From Podarcis liolepis (taxonomy: Eukaryota): DNA of 64,000 nucleotides. Below the pieces are notes generated by a model. It searched no databases, was not told the origin of the DNA, and was given only the letters and a program-made list of their open reading frames with translations. The translations under genes and the position numbers were made by a program. This document shows, piece after piece, positions 40,001-49,250 of the stretch (position 1 is the stretch's first letter; every line of letters starts with the position of its first letter). The stretch lies in assembly GCA_965112155.1 (NCBI GenBank), contig OZ218100.1. One strand, given 5' to 3'.

Positions 40001-43000
40001 CCTATGTAAGTGGCATTTAAAAATCTGTTTATCTTTTAGTATCTATAGAAATTCAACAAGTTGTCAATGAATAATTTATTACCTGCTATAGAGAGAACTT
40101 TCCGAAAGAGCATCCATTAAAGGGCCAATAATAAACTAAAAAAGGAAAGAAAGTGTGCTTGTATTAAAAGCTGTAACACAGACAAAAATAGTATTTGTCC
40201 TGCAAAACATGTATGTATGTTTAATCAGACCTGTATTAGTAGAAAAGTGAGTATGAAACTGTAAAATTTATTTCTGCTACAGAAAAACTGTGGATCTGGC
40301 TTTACAACACATTCAATATACAAAATGGGTAAAGAAATTATGAATCAGCCTTATAAACATGCTAAAGAAAAAGATACTCCAAAAGATTTATATATATGAC
40401 AGCAGGGAGTAAGAGAAACGAAAGTATTTCCTGAACTGTATTATGTAATGAGGCTATTCCCCTAAAAATAAAAAGTGCAGATCTGTTACCATTACAATTA
40501 ATCACAAAAAATGCTATGCCTAGAAAGATTCTACTTACTACCACTTTTCCTGCATCTCAAAAATGAGATGAACCTTATTAGGGTAATGGGAACAATTGTT
40601 GCTCTCTGCCCTTATAATCAGAGCAAACCAGGCAGTGTATGCCCTAGACACTGGTGGACAAGCTAGTGAGCTTAAGAAGAGAATTATGTTTTCCTTATGT
40701 ACCCTTCAAGAGCAGCAAACTTTCAACATTCCCCCCACCCCCCAGGATAATACAGACAAAGGAGCAAACTTCAGGAGGTACAATACAGGAAATCTTAGGA
40801 GGAGAAAGGGAAGAAAACTTTACCTCTGAAAATCCTGGTGACATAGGGATATGTTTCGTTTGCCAGATGTCAAGAAAGTGAATTACACCTTCCTTTGTCA
40901 ATGTTTTGTTTTCACTCCCAAACATTCTTCTGTAAATGCACATATGCCACGATGGGTGAAACACCCAACTATCTGTTCCAAAAAATAGAATTTTTACAAG
41001 GGTAATCTCAACATATATTTTATCTCTATGTAGAAGTAAGGAGGGACACATATTATTCATATGTACCTTTATAGGTTTTCACAATATATTTACATCTAAT
41101 CACATTTTAAAAAGAGTTTTAAGAAACTGTCATTTCATTGTGTAGCACATCCACCTGAATCTGGCTGGGAAGACCCCTGTTATCTCCATGTCTCTCACCT
41201 TTCATGTTGACTTTTGTCCTAATATGCCCTATACAACTGAGGGATAATTCATGCAATTAACTGCCAAATTTTTTCTACATTATGTAAATGTGGCAGGGCC
41301 TCTCACACACCTCTCATCCCATGAATATGTGAGTAAGAAAATATTAGCTTGCAACCCTCCCTCCACTGTGGTTTTTTTCCCTCCAACATGGTTTTTATGG
41401 GAAGGAATTGCAGAAAGATTACTCTCAGGCTACACACATTATGTTGAATGTTCAATGTGGGGTACAATTCTGATATCCCATTGTTCTGTACTGAATTTAT
41501 AAACCGATATTGTATGAACTGGCCTTTAAACCGCATCCATTTAGAAATTATCAATGTTACAGCCTATGACCTGAAAAAGGCATTATTTAGGCTGTTGAGC
41601 AATCAAGTGCCAGGAATTTTTGTAACATATAAACCAATCCTTTGATTCCTGTCAAAGTTATTGGCACTTTTCTTTAAAAAAAAAATAGCCTTACCATTTT
41701 GCTCTGATACTGCATGTTCATATAAACTATTTAACTTTGGCAATACTGGCTTTATAACATGTATCTAAAATTGAAAAACAGACATTATTACATTAATTTG
41801 ATTTACTCTGTAACTGAAAAGTATCATAACTACAGTTAAGAGCTAGATACTGACCTCTGGCATGAAATCATGTAACATAGTGACTTTACGATAATAGAAA
41901 TTATAACACAGTGTCTCTGTGTAAGCAAGATTCAGCCCCCTGTGAACAGCAAATCTATACATTCTGATGCTGTGATCTACTTCAGTGGAACTTGGAAGAG
42001 TTTAACTTAAGACTGAGATGTCGTTTTCATTTTTTAACTCATTTCCCTATAAACATGCAAAGGGAAATTGATACAGTGGTGCCTCGCAAGACAAAATTAA
42101 TTCGTTCCGCGAGTCTTTTCATCTTGCGATGTTTTTCGTCTCGCGAAGCATGGTCCGTCACAACTGCGCCTCTTCAAGCGGCTTTAAGAAAAAAGCGAAC
42201 AAACTCGCAAGACGTTTTCATCTTGCGAAACAAGCCCATAGGGAAATTCGTCTAGCGAAGCAACGCAAAAAACGAAAAACCCTTTCGTCTAGCGAGTTTT
42301 TCATTTTGCGAGGCATTCGTCTTGCGGGGCACCACTGTACATTCAAAATGCATGGAAGATTTTTGTTTAAGAAAAAAATAGTCTCTACACTTCCTGACTT
42401 CAGCATTCAGCATTTGTTCACTGTATAGAACAGCCCTCTGTTATTTTGCGTATTCATAGCAACAATGAAGAACAGCGACTCTCAGCAGCATTTTGTAAAA
42501 ATGTTACATATTTACCTGATTTCCTTCCAAAGTCTCCATAATTAAGATGTAATTTTCCCAAAACTGAATAAGTTGATCATTTTTTTCTGCACACCACCAG
42601 AACAGACATGGTTCTGCAATACAATACAAGCAAATTAGAGGCATTTCTTCTCTTCCCTCTAATCAAAGGGAACATATGAATGATACCACATCCAGTTTAA
42701 TGTCACTAGCATGAAAAGGCTATTATACCAAGCCTATAAGTGTCAATAAAGATATCTCTTTCCATGAGAACAGTATGCACTGAAAGCACAGGCTGCAATC
42801 GTTCAGTATTAGTGGACAAAACTTTAAATGGACGGCAAAAAGTATTAATGTAGGTCAAGAGCATGACCCTTTCCTTCCCATGCAGAGGGGAATGCAACCT
42901 ATTTCCATGGAAGCCTCCTCCTATCTTGGCACACTATCACTGTGTCAGACATAATATAACAGGGAGTGCAATGCAGATGTGATACTATTGCAACTCACAT

Positions 43001-45883
43001 CTTACCATCCAGCAGCTCCACCACCTGTCATCAAACTGGCCACTCATGTATATCACAAGCACACCACATCCGATGGGTTTTTGTTTTGAAAAAGGCTCCT
43101 CCCCATAAGTATATCTGAGGTGTGGAACAACATTAAGTTACCAGGAAAGACTGTGATAGGATTGTGCCACCAGATTTTTAAGTGTCTTTCTTCTATCATT
43201 AATGTTTATTTCTAACCTTGGGTTTTGCTTTCATTAGCATTTCTCTTCCATTCTCAGTGAAAAGGTAAATTCATGCTTAATGAGGTATTGCATGAACAAT
43301 TAAGCAATGGCCTTCACTTTGGTTACTGTTTCGCCCATCCTCCTTCACAGTCAAAACATTTTTAAAAGGTTGTTATCTCCCTAAGCAGTATTTGCAAGAA
43401 TAGACAATTGATAAGAAAGGGTGGTTGGGGATAGAACTATAGCTCAGTGATAGCATGTCTGCTTTGCATGCAGAAGATCTGAGTGTCCATTCCCTTGTAT
43501 TTCCAGGTAGGGCTGGGGGAGACCCTTGGCTGAAAACCTGAGCTGCTGCCAGTCACTGTAGTCCATGGGTAGACAAACTAAGGTCCGGGGGCCAGATCCG
43601 GCCCAATTGCCTTCTAAATCTGGCCCACGGATGGTCCGGGAAATCAGCGTGTTTTTACACAAGAACGACGTGTGCTTTTATTTAAATGCATCTCTGGGTT
43701 AATTGTGGGGCACAGGAATTTGTTCAATTTTTTTCCCCAAAATATATTCCAGTCCCTCACAAGGTCTGAGGGACAGTGGACCAGCCCCCTGCTGAAAAAG
43801 TTTACTGACCCCTGCGGTAGACAATACAGTGGTACCTCGGGATGCGAACGGGATCTGTTCCGGAGCCCCGTTCGCATCCTGAACAGAACGTAAGATGCAA
43901 CTGCACGTCTGCGCATGCGTGGGTCATGTTTCACCGTTTCCGTGCATGCACGTGACGTCATTTTGACCGCCTGCACATGCGGCAAAACCCGGAAGTAACG
44001 CGCTCCGTTACTTCCGGGTCACCGCAAAGCGCAACCCAAAAATACTTATCCTGAAGCGTATTTATCCCAAGGTATGACTGTACTGAACTAGATGGACTGA
44101 TGGTACGATTCAGTAAAAGGCAGCTAGCTTCCTGTGTGGCTCTAGAACACTATAATTCCATAGTGAAGGTCCTCTCATTTTGTTTGCTCATCTAAATAAG
44201 TTTATAGACACCTTTAGAGGCACACCACTGTGGTTTTGCTATCCACATTTGCTATGATAGACAAACTCCTGTTTTCGCTAAAGCAGAACCAAAGAGACTT
44301 GCTCACTTTCTACCAGTCTCTTAAATTTAACACTACTCAGAGCATCTCACCAATGTGCCATTCAAGAGGTTTGGGGGTTGCACCTTTTAAGTATGACACA
44401 ACAATCTGGGGCTACTTAAAACTAAAGCACAAGTGAAGATGACACTTCTTGTGCCTTAGCAGTGGATACAAGGGACATTTTTACAAGATACAGCATTGTG
44501 GCAAGACATGTGTACATGTGCCCAAGTTCTCTCTTTGACAAACGCTTGAAGGAGACCTGTTCTTTTATTACATCCCAGCTAAAGCACACAAATGTTATGC
44601 ACTGATTGTAATCATGTACAGATGCAGACAAGATAACTGGCAATGTAATTCATTTCAGAGTGTGAGGATCATGGAGAAAAGGCCTGCCATTCACTTGCAG
44701 CCTATGGCTTGCTGGTCACGGCTATCCTCTACCATATGAAAAATTCAGTCAGTGCTAACCCATATTTAGAAAGCTCTGTGGAGCCAAGCCGTAGGTCGGA
44801 TATTATACGTGGCGAATAATACACATGTCCAGCCTGCCACGGGTCACACAGCCGACCAAGGCAAGGCTTTCCTCCATAACCTACCACACGCTGAAGTGGC
44901 CAAGAGAAAAGAGATTGGTGTGTGTGTGTGGCATGGCATTTGTGGAAGCAAGTTAAGCAAGGATGCTACATCACCAGGGCTGTACCATTTCCACTGTGCC
45001 GGTTGCACCTGCACTCCAGGCGTAGTTTATCAGAGACATCCACTGCTCGCTTCAGCAAATACCGGGCTCTTTTCCTGCACAGGGCATCGCTCTCCGTCAG
45101 CCCCTTTTGCACCACTTCCCAGAAACTGCTGCACTGCCTGGCGTCGAGTAGCTGAGCAGCCGCCTCCACCTGCGCGCTCGCGGGAAACAGCGCGTCCGAG
45201 AGGGCGCTCAAGACCAGCAGGGTCCGGCTCACCCGCTGCGGGGCACCCTTGGGCGGCGGCGGCAGCACCACCAGCCCTTCCCACACGAGCCCCAATGCGG
45301 CGCTATTCCGCCCCAGCGCTGGCAGCAGCCTCCCGGCCGCCAGCAAGGCTTTCTCCTCCTCGTCGTCCTCTCCATCTCCCCTCAGCAGCTTCAGGGCCGC
45401 CGCCACGGCTCGCCCGAGCAGCGCCGGCTCCTCCAGCCAAGGGGCCACGGCGGCCAGGACCTCGACGGCCGCTTCCACCTGCAGCCGCCCGCTCCCCGCG
45501 CTGCCTTCCAGGGCCTCCAGCGACTCCCGCGCCAGCCGCTCCGCCAAAGGGGCTCCGCCAAGCGAGGCGCAGCAGCGCAGCGCCCCGCACGCGGCTCTGG
45601 CCAGGCGTAGCCGCTCCTCCGGGGACTCCCCCGGCAAGGAGGCGCCGCCGAGCAGCACCGGCAGGCAGCGGCCCAGCGCCGCCTCCCAGGCCACGCGCCG
45701 AGCCGCCGCGTCCCGCTCGTCGTTCCGCCCGCCCGCCGCCACCCGCTCGAGAAGGAAGCGCAGCGTCTCCGCTTGCTCGACAGAGAGCGGCCCGCCTTCG
45801 GCGCCACCGCCGCACACGGCCCGCAGCAGCGCGCCCCAGTCCGGGCATTGCGAGAGCAGCGTGTCGGCTAAGACCGCGTCCAT
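15925..45883 (-). CDS. TARBP1: TARBP1 (TRM3-like tRNA guanosine-18 2'-O-methyltransferase, SPOUT family): complete 30-exon gene, 1597 aa
   Basis: 30 exons reconstructed with GT-AG boundaries and consistent phases; summed CDS 4794 nt with no internal stop. C-terminal SpoU motifs KPTNLGGLCRTCE, LLLGNEHEGI and [15 protein letters not shown] are intact. Confidence 0.95.
16760..16896 (-). CDS. TARBP1: TARBP1 exon 29
   Basis: [45 protein letters not shown](G), 137 nt. Confidence 0.93.
17465..17589 (-). CDS. TARBP1: TARBP1 exon 28
   Basis: [41 protein letters not shown], 125 nt. Confidence 0.93.
18003..18188 (-). CDS. TARBP1: TARBP1 exon 27
   Basis: [61 protein letters not shown], 186 nt; start of the SpoU domain. 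Confidence 0.93.
18384..18555 (-). CDS. TARBP1: TARBP1 exon 26
   Basis: [57 protein letters not shown], 172 nt. Confidence 0.9.
18691..18941. mobile_element. Tc1/mariner-pogo-type MITE with an internal perfect palindrome
   Basis: TA|CAGTCGTACCTTGG ... CCAAGGTATGATTG. Internal 20-bp perfect inverted repeat at 18821-18840 / 18844-18863. Confidence 0.85.
19832..19913 (-). CDS. TARBP1: TARBP1 exon 25
   Basis: [27 protein letters not shown], 82 nt. Confidence 0.92.
20605..20650. repeat. (ATATA)n microsatellite; an (AT)n run lies at 20535-20552
   Basis: Directly visible. Confidence 0.9.
21382..21578 (-). CDS. TARBP1: TARBP1 exon 24
   Basis: [38 protein letters not shown]...[10 protein letters not shown], 197 nt. 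Confidence 0.92.
21995..22460 (+). mobile_element. CR1 LINE 3' fragment interrupted by a hAT MITE
   Basis: Contains GGCTTTAAAAGGGGATTGGACGAATTAATGGAGGAC ([14 protein letters not shown]1 ORF2 end), homologous to 2650-2945. Confidence 0.75.
22217..22352. mobile_element. Palindromic hAT (Charlie/URR1-like) MITE, 136 bp
   Basis: TIR CAGGCATAGGCAAACTC / GAGTTTGCCTATGCCTG; arms complementary over ~58 bp. 8-bp TSD TGCTAGGG / TGCTAAGG. Confidence 0.9.
22597..22683 (-). CDS. TARBP1: TARBP1 exon 23
   Basis: [29 protein letters not shown], 87 nt. Confidence 0.92.
22994..23143 (-). CDS. TARBP1: TARBP1 exon 22
   Basis: [50 protein letters not shown], 150 nt. Confidence 0.92.
23537..23647 (-). CDS. TARBP1: TARBP1 exon 21
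   Basis: [37 protein letters not shown], 111 nt. Confidence 0.92.
24092..24707. mobile_element. Non-autonomous Tc1/mariner-pogo (Tc2-like) element, GC-rich
   Basis: TA|CTGTATTTTTCGCTCTACAGGACGCAC ... GTGTGTCCTATAGGGCGAAAAATACGG|TA, with internal direct and inverted repeats. Confidence 0.85.
24982..25102 (-). CDS. TARBP1: TARBP1 exon 20
   Basis: [40 protein letters not shown], 121 nt. An alternative in-frame acceptor 9 nt downstream is possible. Confidence 0.86.
25868..25939 (-). CDS. TARBP1: TARBP1 exon 19
   Basis: [23 protein letters not shown], 72 nt; donor AG|gtcggt. Confidence 0.85.
26571..26794. mobile_element. Tc1/mariner-pogo-type MITE, same family as 18691 in the opposite orientation
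   Basis: TA|CAGTCGTACCTT ... AAGGTATGCCTG|TA; shares GCTTCTGACTGGCTGCAGGAAGCT. Confidence 0.85.
27006..27205 (-). CDS. TARBP1: TARBP1 exon 18
   Basis: [29 protein letters not shown]...[14 protein letters not shown](R), 200 nt. An alternative in-frame acceptor at 27193 is possible. Confidence 0.88.
27445..27652. mobile_element. Tc1/mariner-pogo-type MITE
   Basis: TA|CAGTCAAACCTCGG ... CCGAGGTCTGACTG|TA; internal TGCAGGAGCTTCCTGCA. Confidence 0.85.
28186..28360 (-). mobile_element. tRNA-derived squamate SINE
   Basis: Minus strand GTAGCTCAGTAGTAAAGAATATGCTTTGCATGCAGAAGGTCATAGGTTCAAATCC (A and B boxes), followed by a body matching 43429-44135. Confidence 0.75.
28835..29023 (-). CDS. TARBP1: TARBP1 exon 17
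   Basis: [63 protein letters not shown], 189 nt. Confidence 0.92.
29107..29359 (-). CDS. TARBP1: TARBP1 exon 16
   Basis: [26 protein letters not shown]...[25 protein letters not shown], 253 nt. Confidence 0.9.
29566..29655. repeat. Short fold-back interspersed repeat; related copies at 19991-20075, 20707-20790, 52113-52165 and 55035-55112
   Basis: Terminal inverted repeat CTGCAATCCTAACC / GGTTAGGATTGCAG and internal TCAATGGGACTTAC; recurs several times in the window. Confidence 0.75.
29865..30055 (-). CDS. TARBP1: TARBP1 exon 15
   Basis: [63 protein letters not shown], 191 nt. Confidence 0.88.
31153..31314 (-). CDS. TARBP1: TARBP1 exon 14
   Basis: [54 protein letters not shown], 162 nt. 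Confidence 0.9.
32123..32220 (-). CDS. TARBP1: TARBP1 exon 13
   Basis: [32 protein letters not shown], 98 nt. Confidence 0.9.
33473..33648 (-). CDS. TARBP1: TARBP1 exon 12
   Basis: [58 protein letters not shown], 176 nt. Confidence 0.88.
34678..34777 (-). CDS. TARBP1: TARBP1 exon 11
   Basis: [32 protein letters not shown], 100 nt. Confidence 0.88.
35754..35889 (-). CDS. TARBP1: TARBP1 exon 10
   Basis: [45 protein letters not shown], 136 nt. Confidence 0.9.
36084..36173 (-). CDS. TARBP1: TARBP1 exon 9
   Basis: [30 protein letters not shown], 90 nt. Confidence 0.9.
36674..36770 (-). CDS. TARBP1: TARBP1 exon 8
   Basis: [32 protein letters not shown], 97 nt. Confidence 0.92.
36854..36989 (-). 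CDS. TARBP1: TARBP1 exon 7
   Basis: [44 protein letters not shown], 136 nt. Confidence 0.92.
37049..37292 (-). mobile_element. 5'-truncated poly(A) retroposon (L1-like 3'UTR fragment) in TARBP1 intron 6
   Basis: Perfect 19-bp TSD TCTAACATAAAACAATGCT (37030-37048 and 37293-37311). Plus-strand T-run (A tail) and TTTATT (minus-strand AATAAA) at 37069-37074. Confidence 0.8.
37835..37965 (+). mobile_element. MIR/CORE-like (Squam3-like) SINE fragment; a reverse copy lies at ~62325-62490
   Basis: CORE-type segment TGGGTGACCTTGAGCCAATCAGTCTCTCTCAGCCTAA. Confidence 0.6.
38958..39055 (-). CDS. TARBP1: TARBP1 exon 6
   Basis: [32 protein letters not shown], 98 nt. Confidence 0.9.
40083..40135 (-). CDS. 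TARBP1: TARBP1 exon 5
   Basis: [17 protein letters not shown](R), 53 nt. Confidence 0.9.
40824..40972 (-). CDS. TARBP1: TARBP1 exon 4
   Basis: (D)[49 protein letters not shown], 149 nt. Confidence 0.92.
41695..41764 (-). CDS. TARBP1: TARBP1 exon 3
   Basis: [23 protein letters not shown], 70 nt. Confidence 0.92.
42074..42337. mobile_element. Tc1/mariner-pogo-type MITE
   Basis: TA|CAGTGGTGCCTCGCAAGAC ... GTCTTGCGGGGCACCACTG|TA, with internal TTCGTC(T/A)GCGA sub-repeats. Confidence 0.88.
42516..42613 (-). CDS. TARBP1: TARBP1 exon 2
   Basis: (E)[32 protein letters not shown], 98 nt. Confidence 0.92.
43564..43814. mobile_element. hAT-Charlie-type MITE
   Basis: CATGGGTAGACAAACT ... AGTTTACTGACCCCTG; degenerate 8-bp TSD CTGTAGTC / CGGTAGAC. 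Confidence 0.8.
43827..44080. mobile_element. Tc1/mariner-pogo-type MITE
   Basis: TA|CAGTGGTACCTCGGGAT ... ATCCCAAGGTATGACTG|TA. Confidence 0.88.
44986..45883 (-). CDS. TARBP1: TARBP1 exon 1 (coding part)
   Basis: Kozak gccATGg at 45883; [15 protein letters not shown]...[16 protein letters not shown]...HSGN; donor G|gtac; GC-rich CpG island. Confidence 0.92.
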
Positions 45884-46300
45884 GGCGGGGAGCGCGCGCG
45901 GCCTAGCAGGCCTGTCCGACGCCTTTCCTCGCTCTTTCTTCTCCCAGCAGCCCTTGCGTTTAAGGTGGCTGCGGGGAAAGCGAGGGCTAGCTTGATGAGA
46001 GGCCTGCCCAGCAGTCGATGCTGCGCCTTTCGCACGGGTTGCCTTTTCGGTACCCCTGACAGGCAGAAATTCAGCAGGTGAAACCACACAACTTCCCCCT
46101 GCCCGCATTTGTCGTCTCGCCACCCCGTCACCGTGCCGGGTAATGAATGGGTTTCTAATGTCCTTGAAACCGCTTGCGACCAGGACCGGGTCAAAAATTT
46201 GAACGTTAAGGCTGCGGAGTGTAAACTAAAGGACAGCTTGCCTGGGAAGGCGGCGTATATGTCATGTGGGTTTCGCAGGCCAGTCTTCAAATCACTTATT
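45000..46300 (-). promoter_or_regulatory. TARBP1: TARBP1 CpG island / promoter
   Basis: Very high GC and CpG density over exon 1 and ~400 bp upstream of the start codon. Confidence 0.75.
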
Positions 46301-46664
46301 TGGTGATTGCACATGCAAAAGAGCTGCACCAAAGTATAGGGTTTGTGCACTGCAGCCAGTGACAGTTAAAAAAAAGTTGTTTTCATTGATTTTCAAAAAT
46401 AACACACACATAACAAATACTTCTCCTCTGTACCCCACTCTTCCCCAGACTACAGAGTCTTATAGAAAAACGTTTTCCAAAGTTGTGATTGTAAGTCCCG
46501 TTGTTGCCAGCCAGTGACAGCTTTGAATTGATCAGTAGGCTGCACCTGCCAGAACCATTCTCTAAATTGATGCTATAATGCTGAAACAAGACCTGTTGCT
46601 GGGGAATGACAGCAGCAGCAGGAGGTGGCTTTTGCCTTCTTCATGTTTGTGTGCTTCCTGGAGG

Positions 46665-46745
46665 CATAGACTCACAGAGTTGTGGAGTTGGAAGGGATCT
46701 TGAGGGTCATCTTGTCCAGCCCCCTACAATGCAGGAATCCTGCCT
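46665..46745 (-). mobile_element. CR1-type 3' tail fragment
   Basis: GAGTTGGAAGGGATCTTGAGGGTCATCTTGTCCAGCCCCCT is the reverse complement of the conserved CR1 3' end. Confidence 0.75.
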
Positions 46746-46980
46746 CCAGCCATCCCTATCATATGGACCACCTTGGGAAACAGGATGCTGAACTAGAAAG
46801 GCCTCTGCTCTGCTCAAGCAGAGCGTTTATGTCAGAATTTGTGCTCCACAAAATTTACCTTGGAGTGACAGCAGAACCCAGTAGTGTTCTAGGCCCTTTT
46901 CAAAAACTTGCACTGCATAACTAAAGCAAAATCTTAGCATAAACAGACACATGACTGTTGTCCATTCATGTCCGAAACAC

Positions 46981-47103
46981 AGAGCATGAGGCTCCTAATC
47001 TCAGGGTTGTGAGTTCAAGCCCCACGTTGGGCAATAGAAAGAAAGAAAGATTTCTGCATGGCAGGAGTTGGATTAGATGATCCTTGGTTCTCTGATTCTG
47101 TGC
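46981..47103 (+). mobile_element. 5'-truncated tRNA-Lys-derived SINE with a CR1-type tail
   Basis: AGAGCATGAGGCTCCTAATCTCAGGGTTGTGAGTTCAAGCCCCACGTTGGGC resembles the 3' two-thirds of tRNA-Lys(CTT), followed by GGAGTTGGATTAGATGATCC...TGATTCTGTG. Confidence 0.75.
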
Positions 47104-47921
47104 TGTAATTTTGAGGGTAGGCTTGCACTCGGTGTTCTGGCTAAATCAAAATGCTGACACAAGTGGGTGTAAGGGGATATTGGTGGGAAGAACCTAATTC
47201 CTATAAGAATTGTCCACAGCATCCTTGTGAGGTTCTTCCCACCCTTAGAGGAGCAGAGCAACTCATGAACTGGATCATACTAGTTCATTTGCACCCAAAC
47301 ATATGTTTGTATGTGCAACTAGTGAAAGGCTGTGCTGGATTATTCATGCTGGAGCAAGGTAATTGTTTTCACTTGCTTCACTGAAAGGCAAGCAACTGGG
47401 TATGTTGGCCTTGATAAAGAAGGTGTGCACTCAGATTTTTGTAACATAGTAATTTACAGTAAAAGATATGATTTCATTTTCTCTGTGTCTCACATGATAG
47501 CAACATTACTATAAATGCTGATATGGCAAACTGACATAGTGACTAGAATAAATTGCCCCAGAGATAACCGTATTTATATGAAGTAGAGTGATTAAAATTG
47601 AATTAATATAGCACAAAAGGAACATGATACCAAATGGCATTTAGGGGCCAACACAAATATATTTTCATGTGAAAACACATACACATAGGATTTGTTTATA
47701 TGACCTTGTTAGATTAGCCATTCTTATCCTTCAACATGGAGAAGGCATTTTACCATAACAAGCTTTTAAATGAGCATGTGACTCTCATAGCAATCAGTAG
47801 CCTCTCAACGAGAAATTCAAGAGCATGGCATCTGTCCCATTTTGTTCTCTGCTATTCCTTTTATCTTTGAAGTCTGTTCTTTGGAATTCGTTACAAGCCC
47901 GTGACTGCATTAGAAACAGCT

Positions 47922-47954
47922 TGCTGTGTTTCTCTCAGAACACCAGATGGTGCT
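47922..47954 (+). promoter_or_regulatory. Candidate CTCF site (core plus upstream motif)
   Basis: TGCTGT-N12-ACACCAGATGGTGCT. Confidence 0.55.
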
Positions 47955-48565
47955 ATCGTCAAGACTTCCTACTATTTTGCGCGCACCCCCCCCCCCCCCG
48001 GTAAAAGAACAGGTGAATGGAAATAAAAGTTTAATAGCCTTTCAGAAATTTATAATCCTTAAAATAAAAAAGAGATAATTTTGATCTGTATCAACCTTTT
48101 TAAAGAGCCTCATAAAACTGGTCCAGGACCAAGAATTTTGTGCCATGAACGTGTAGCAAAATGGAGACAAAATTTAGACAAAGGCTATTCAACATTGATT
48201 TAGTGTTTGAGGGGTTTTATTAAACATTTGGAGCAGGATTCACCTAACTAGACGTGTCAGCAGAACATGAACATTCATGAACCTGAATGCTTGGACTTCC
48301 ACTTGTGCAAGAGGGCTTTATCCCCTCGTCTCTCTTTAGACAATAGAATTGTCTCTGGTGTTGGTCAGGAGAGCCCCCAGAACAGTGCGAAGGGGGCAGA
48401 AGAGTGGCGGGAAGCTGCAATGCTTTCACGAATGGAACAACTGGGAATGGAATTCTACCCTTGCGAACTTACTCTTCCAAAGGTGCTTTAGATCCCACAT
48501 GTTCTCATTGGCTCATTGAACCGAGTCAGCACAAGCCTTGATATTATACCACATGCTTCTTTGTA

Positions 48566-48769
48566 CAGTGGTACCTCAGGTTACAGACTCCGCTAACTCA
48601 GGAATATTACCTCGGGTTAATAACTTTGCTTCAGGATGAGAACAGAAATCATGTAGTGGCACGGCAGCAGGAGGCCCCATTAGCTAAAGTGGTGCTTCAG
48701 GTTAAGAACAGTTTCAGATTAAGAACGGACCTCCGGAACTAATTAAGTACTTAACCCGAGGTACCACTG
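48566..48769. mobile_element. Tc1/mariner-pogo-type MITE, same family as 63185-63459 in the opposite orientation
   Basis: TA|CAGTGGTACCTCAGGTTA ... TTAACCCGAGGTACCACTG|TA. Confidence 0.9.
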
Positions 48770-49226
48770 TACTGTGTGGAAAATAGCTAATACTGAAATG
48801 CCTTTTATGGAAGTTACAAAGATAAAAACATACTTTTCAGACATCTGCTTATGAACGACCTGCTGACTGTAGCTTTTCTATACAAACCATCAAGTCCCAT
48901 TTCTTTTTAGAAATGCTCTGTATAATGCATTTTCTGCATTTCACAAGCTCATGCAACTCCCATCATTTTTTTTAAAGTTGCCTATTTTTAGAAAGGTATC
49001 AAATAAACATGCTACTTCACATCTTGACTCTTCACATCTTGACTCAATAAAGCAAAACACAGTATAACTAGGGCCTAACCATCAGGGCCATCTGGGGGCA
49101 GGAGCAAGGGGTGGCAGCCCTGATCTTTGTACTTTAATGCAGGGCACACCTAAGTGCTAGCCACCAGGAGGAGAGCTTGGACAGCTAAGGCAGCAGTAGC
49201 AGCAAACAAAAATGTAAGCCATGGAT

Positions 49227-49250
49227 GAGAGAGAGAGAGAGAGAGAGAGA
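49227..49250. repeat. (GA)n microsatellite
   Basis: Directly visible. Confidence 0.9.

Larger units (their letters stand above)
43429..44135 (+). mobile_element. tRNA-derived SINE split by two nested DNA transposons
   Basis: Head TATAGCTCAGTGATAGCATGTCTGCTTTGCATGCAGAAG; body to 43563, resuming at 43815-43826 and again at 44083-44135. Confidence 0.78.

Noticed and set aside
42074-42337. Regularly recurring TTCGTC(T/A)GCGA units resembling an array
   Set aside because: Sub-terminal repeats of a TA-flanked MITE in a vertebrate genome; no constant repeat-spacer periodicity, so not a CRISPR array.
44809-45995. Long + strand ORFs (365 aa, 248 aa) and alternative minus-strand ORFs over TARBP1 exon 1
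   Set aside because: Low-complexity Ala/Pro/Arg/Ser translations expected from antisense and shifted frames of a very GC-rich coding exon; no domain signal.
46981-47033. Possible tRNA-Lys/Arg gene
   Set aside because: The 5' acceptor strand and most of the D arm are missing, the stems have mismatches, and it runs into a CR1 tail, so it is a SINE head.
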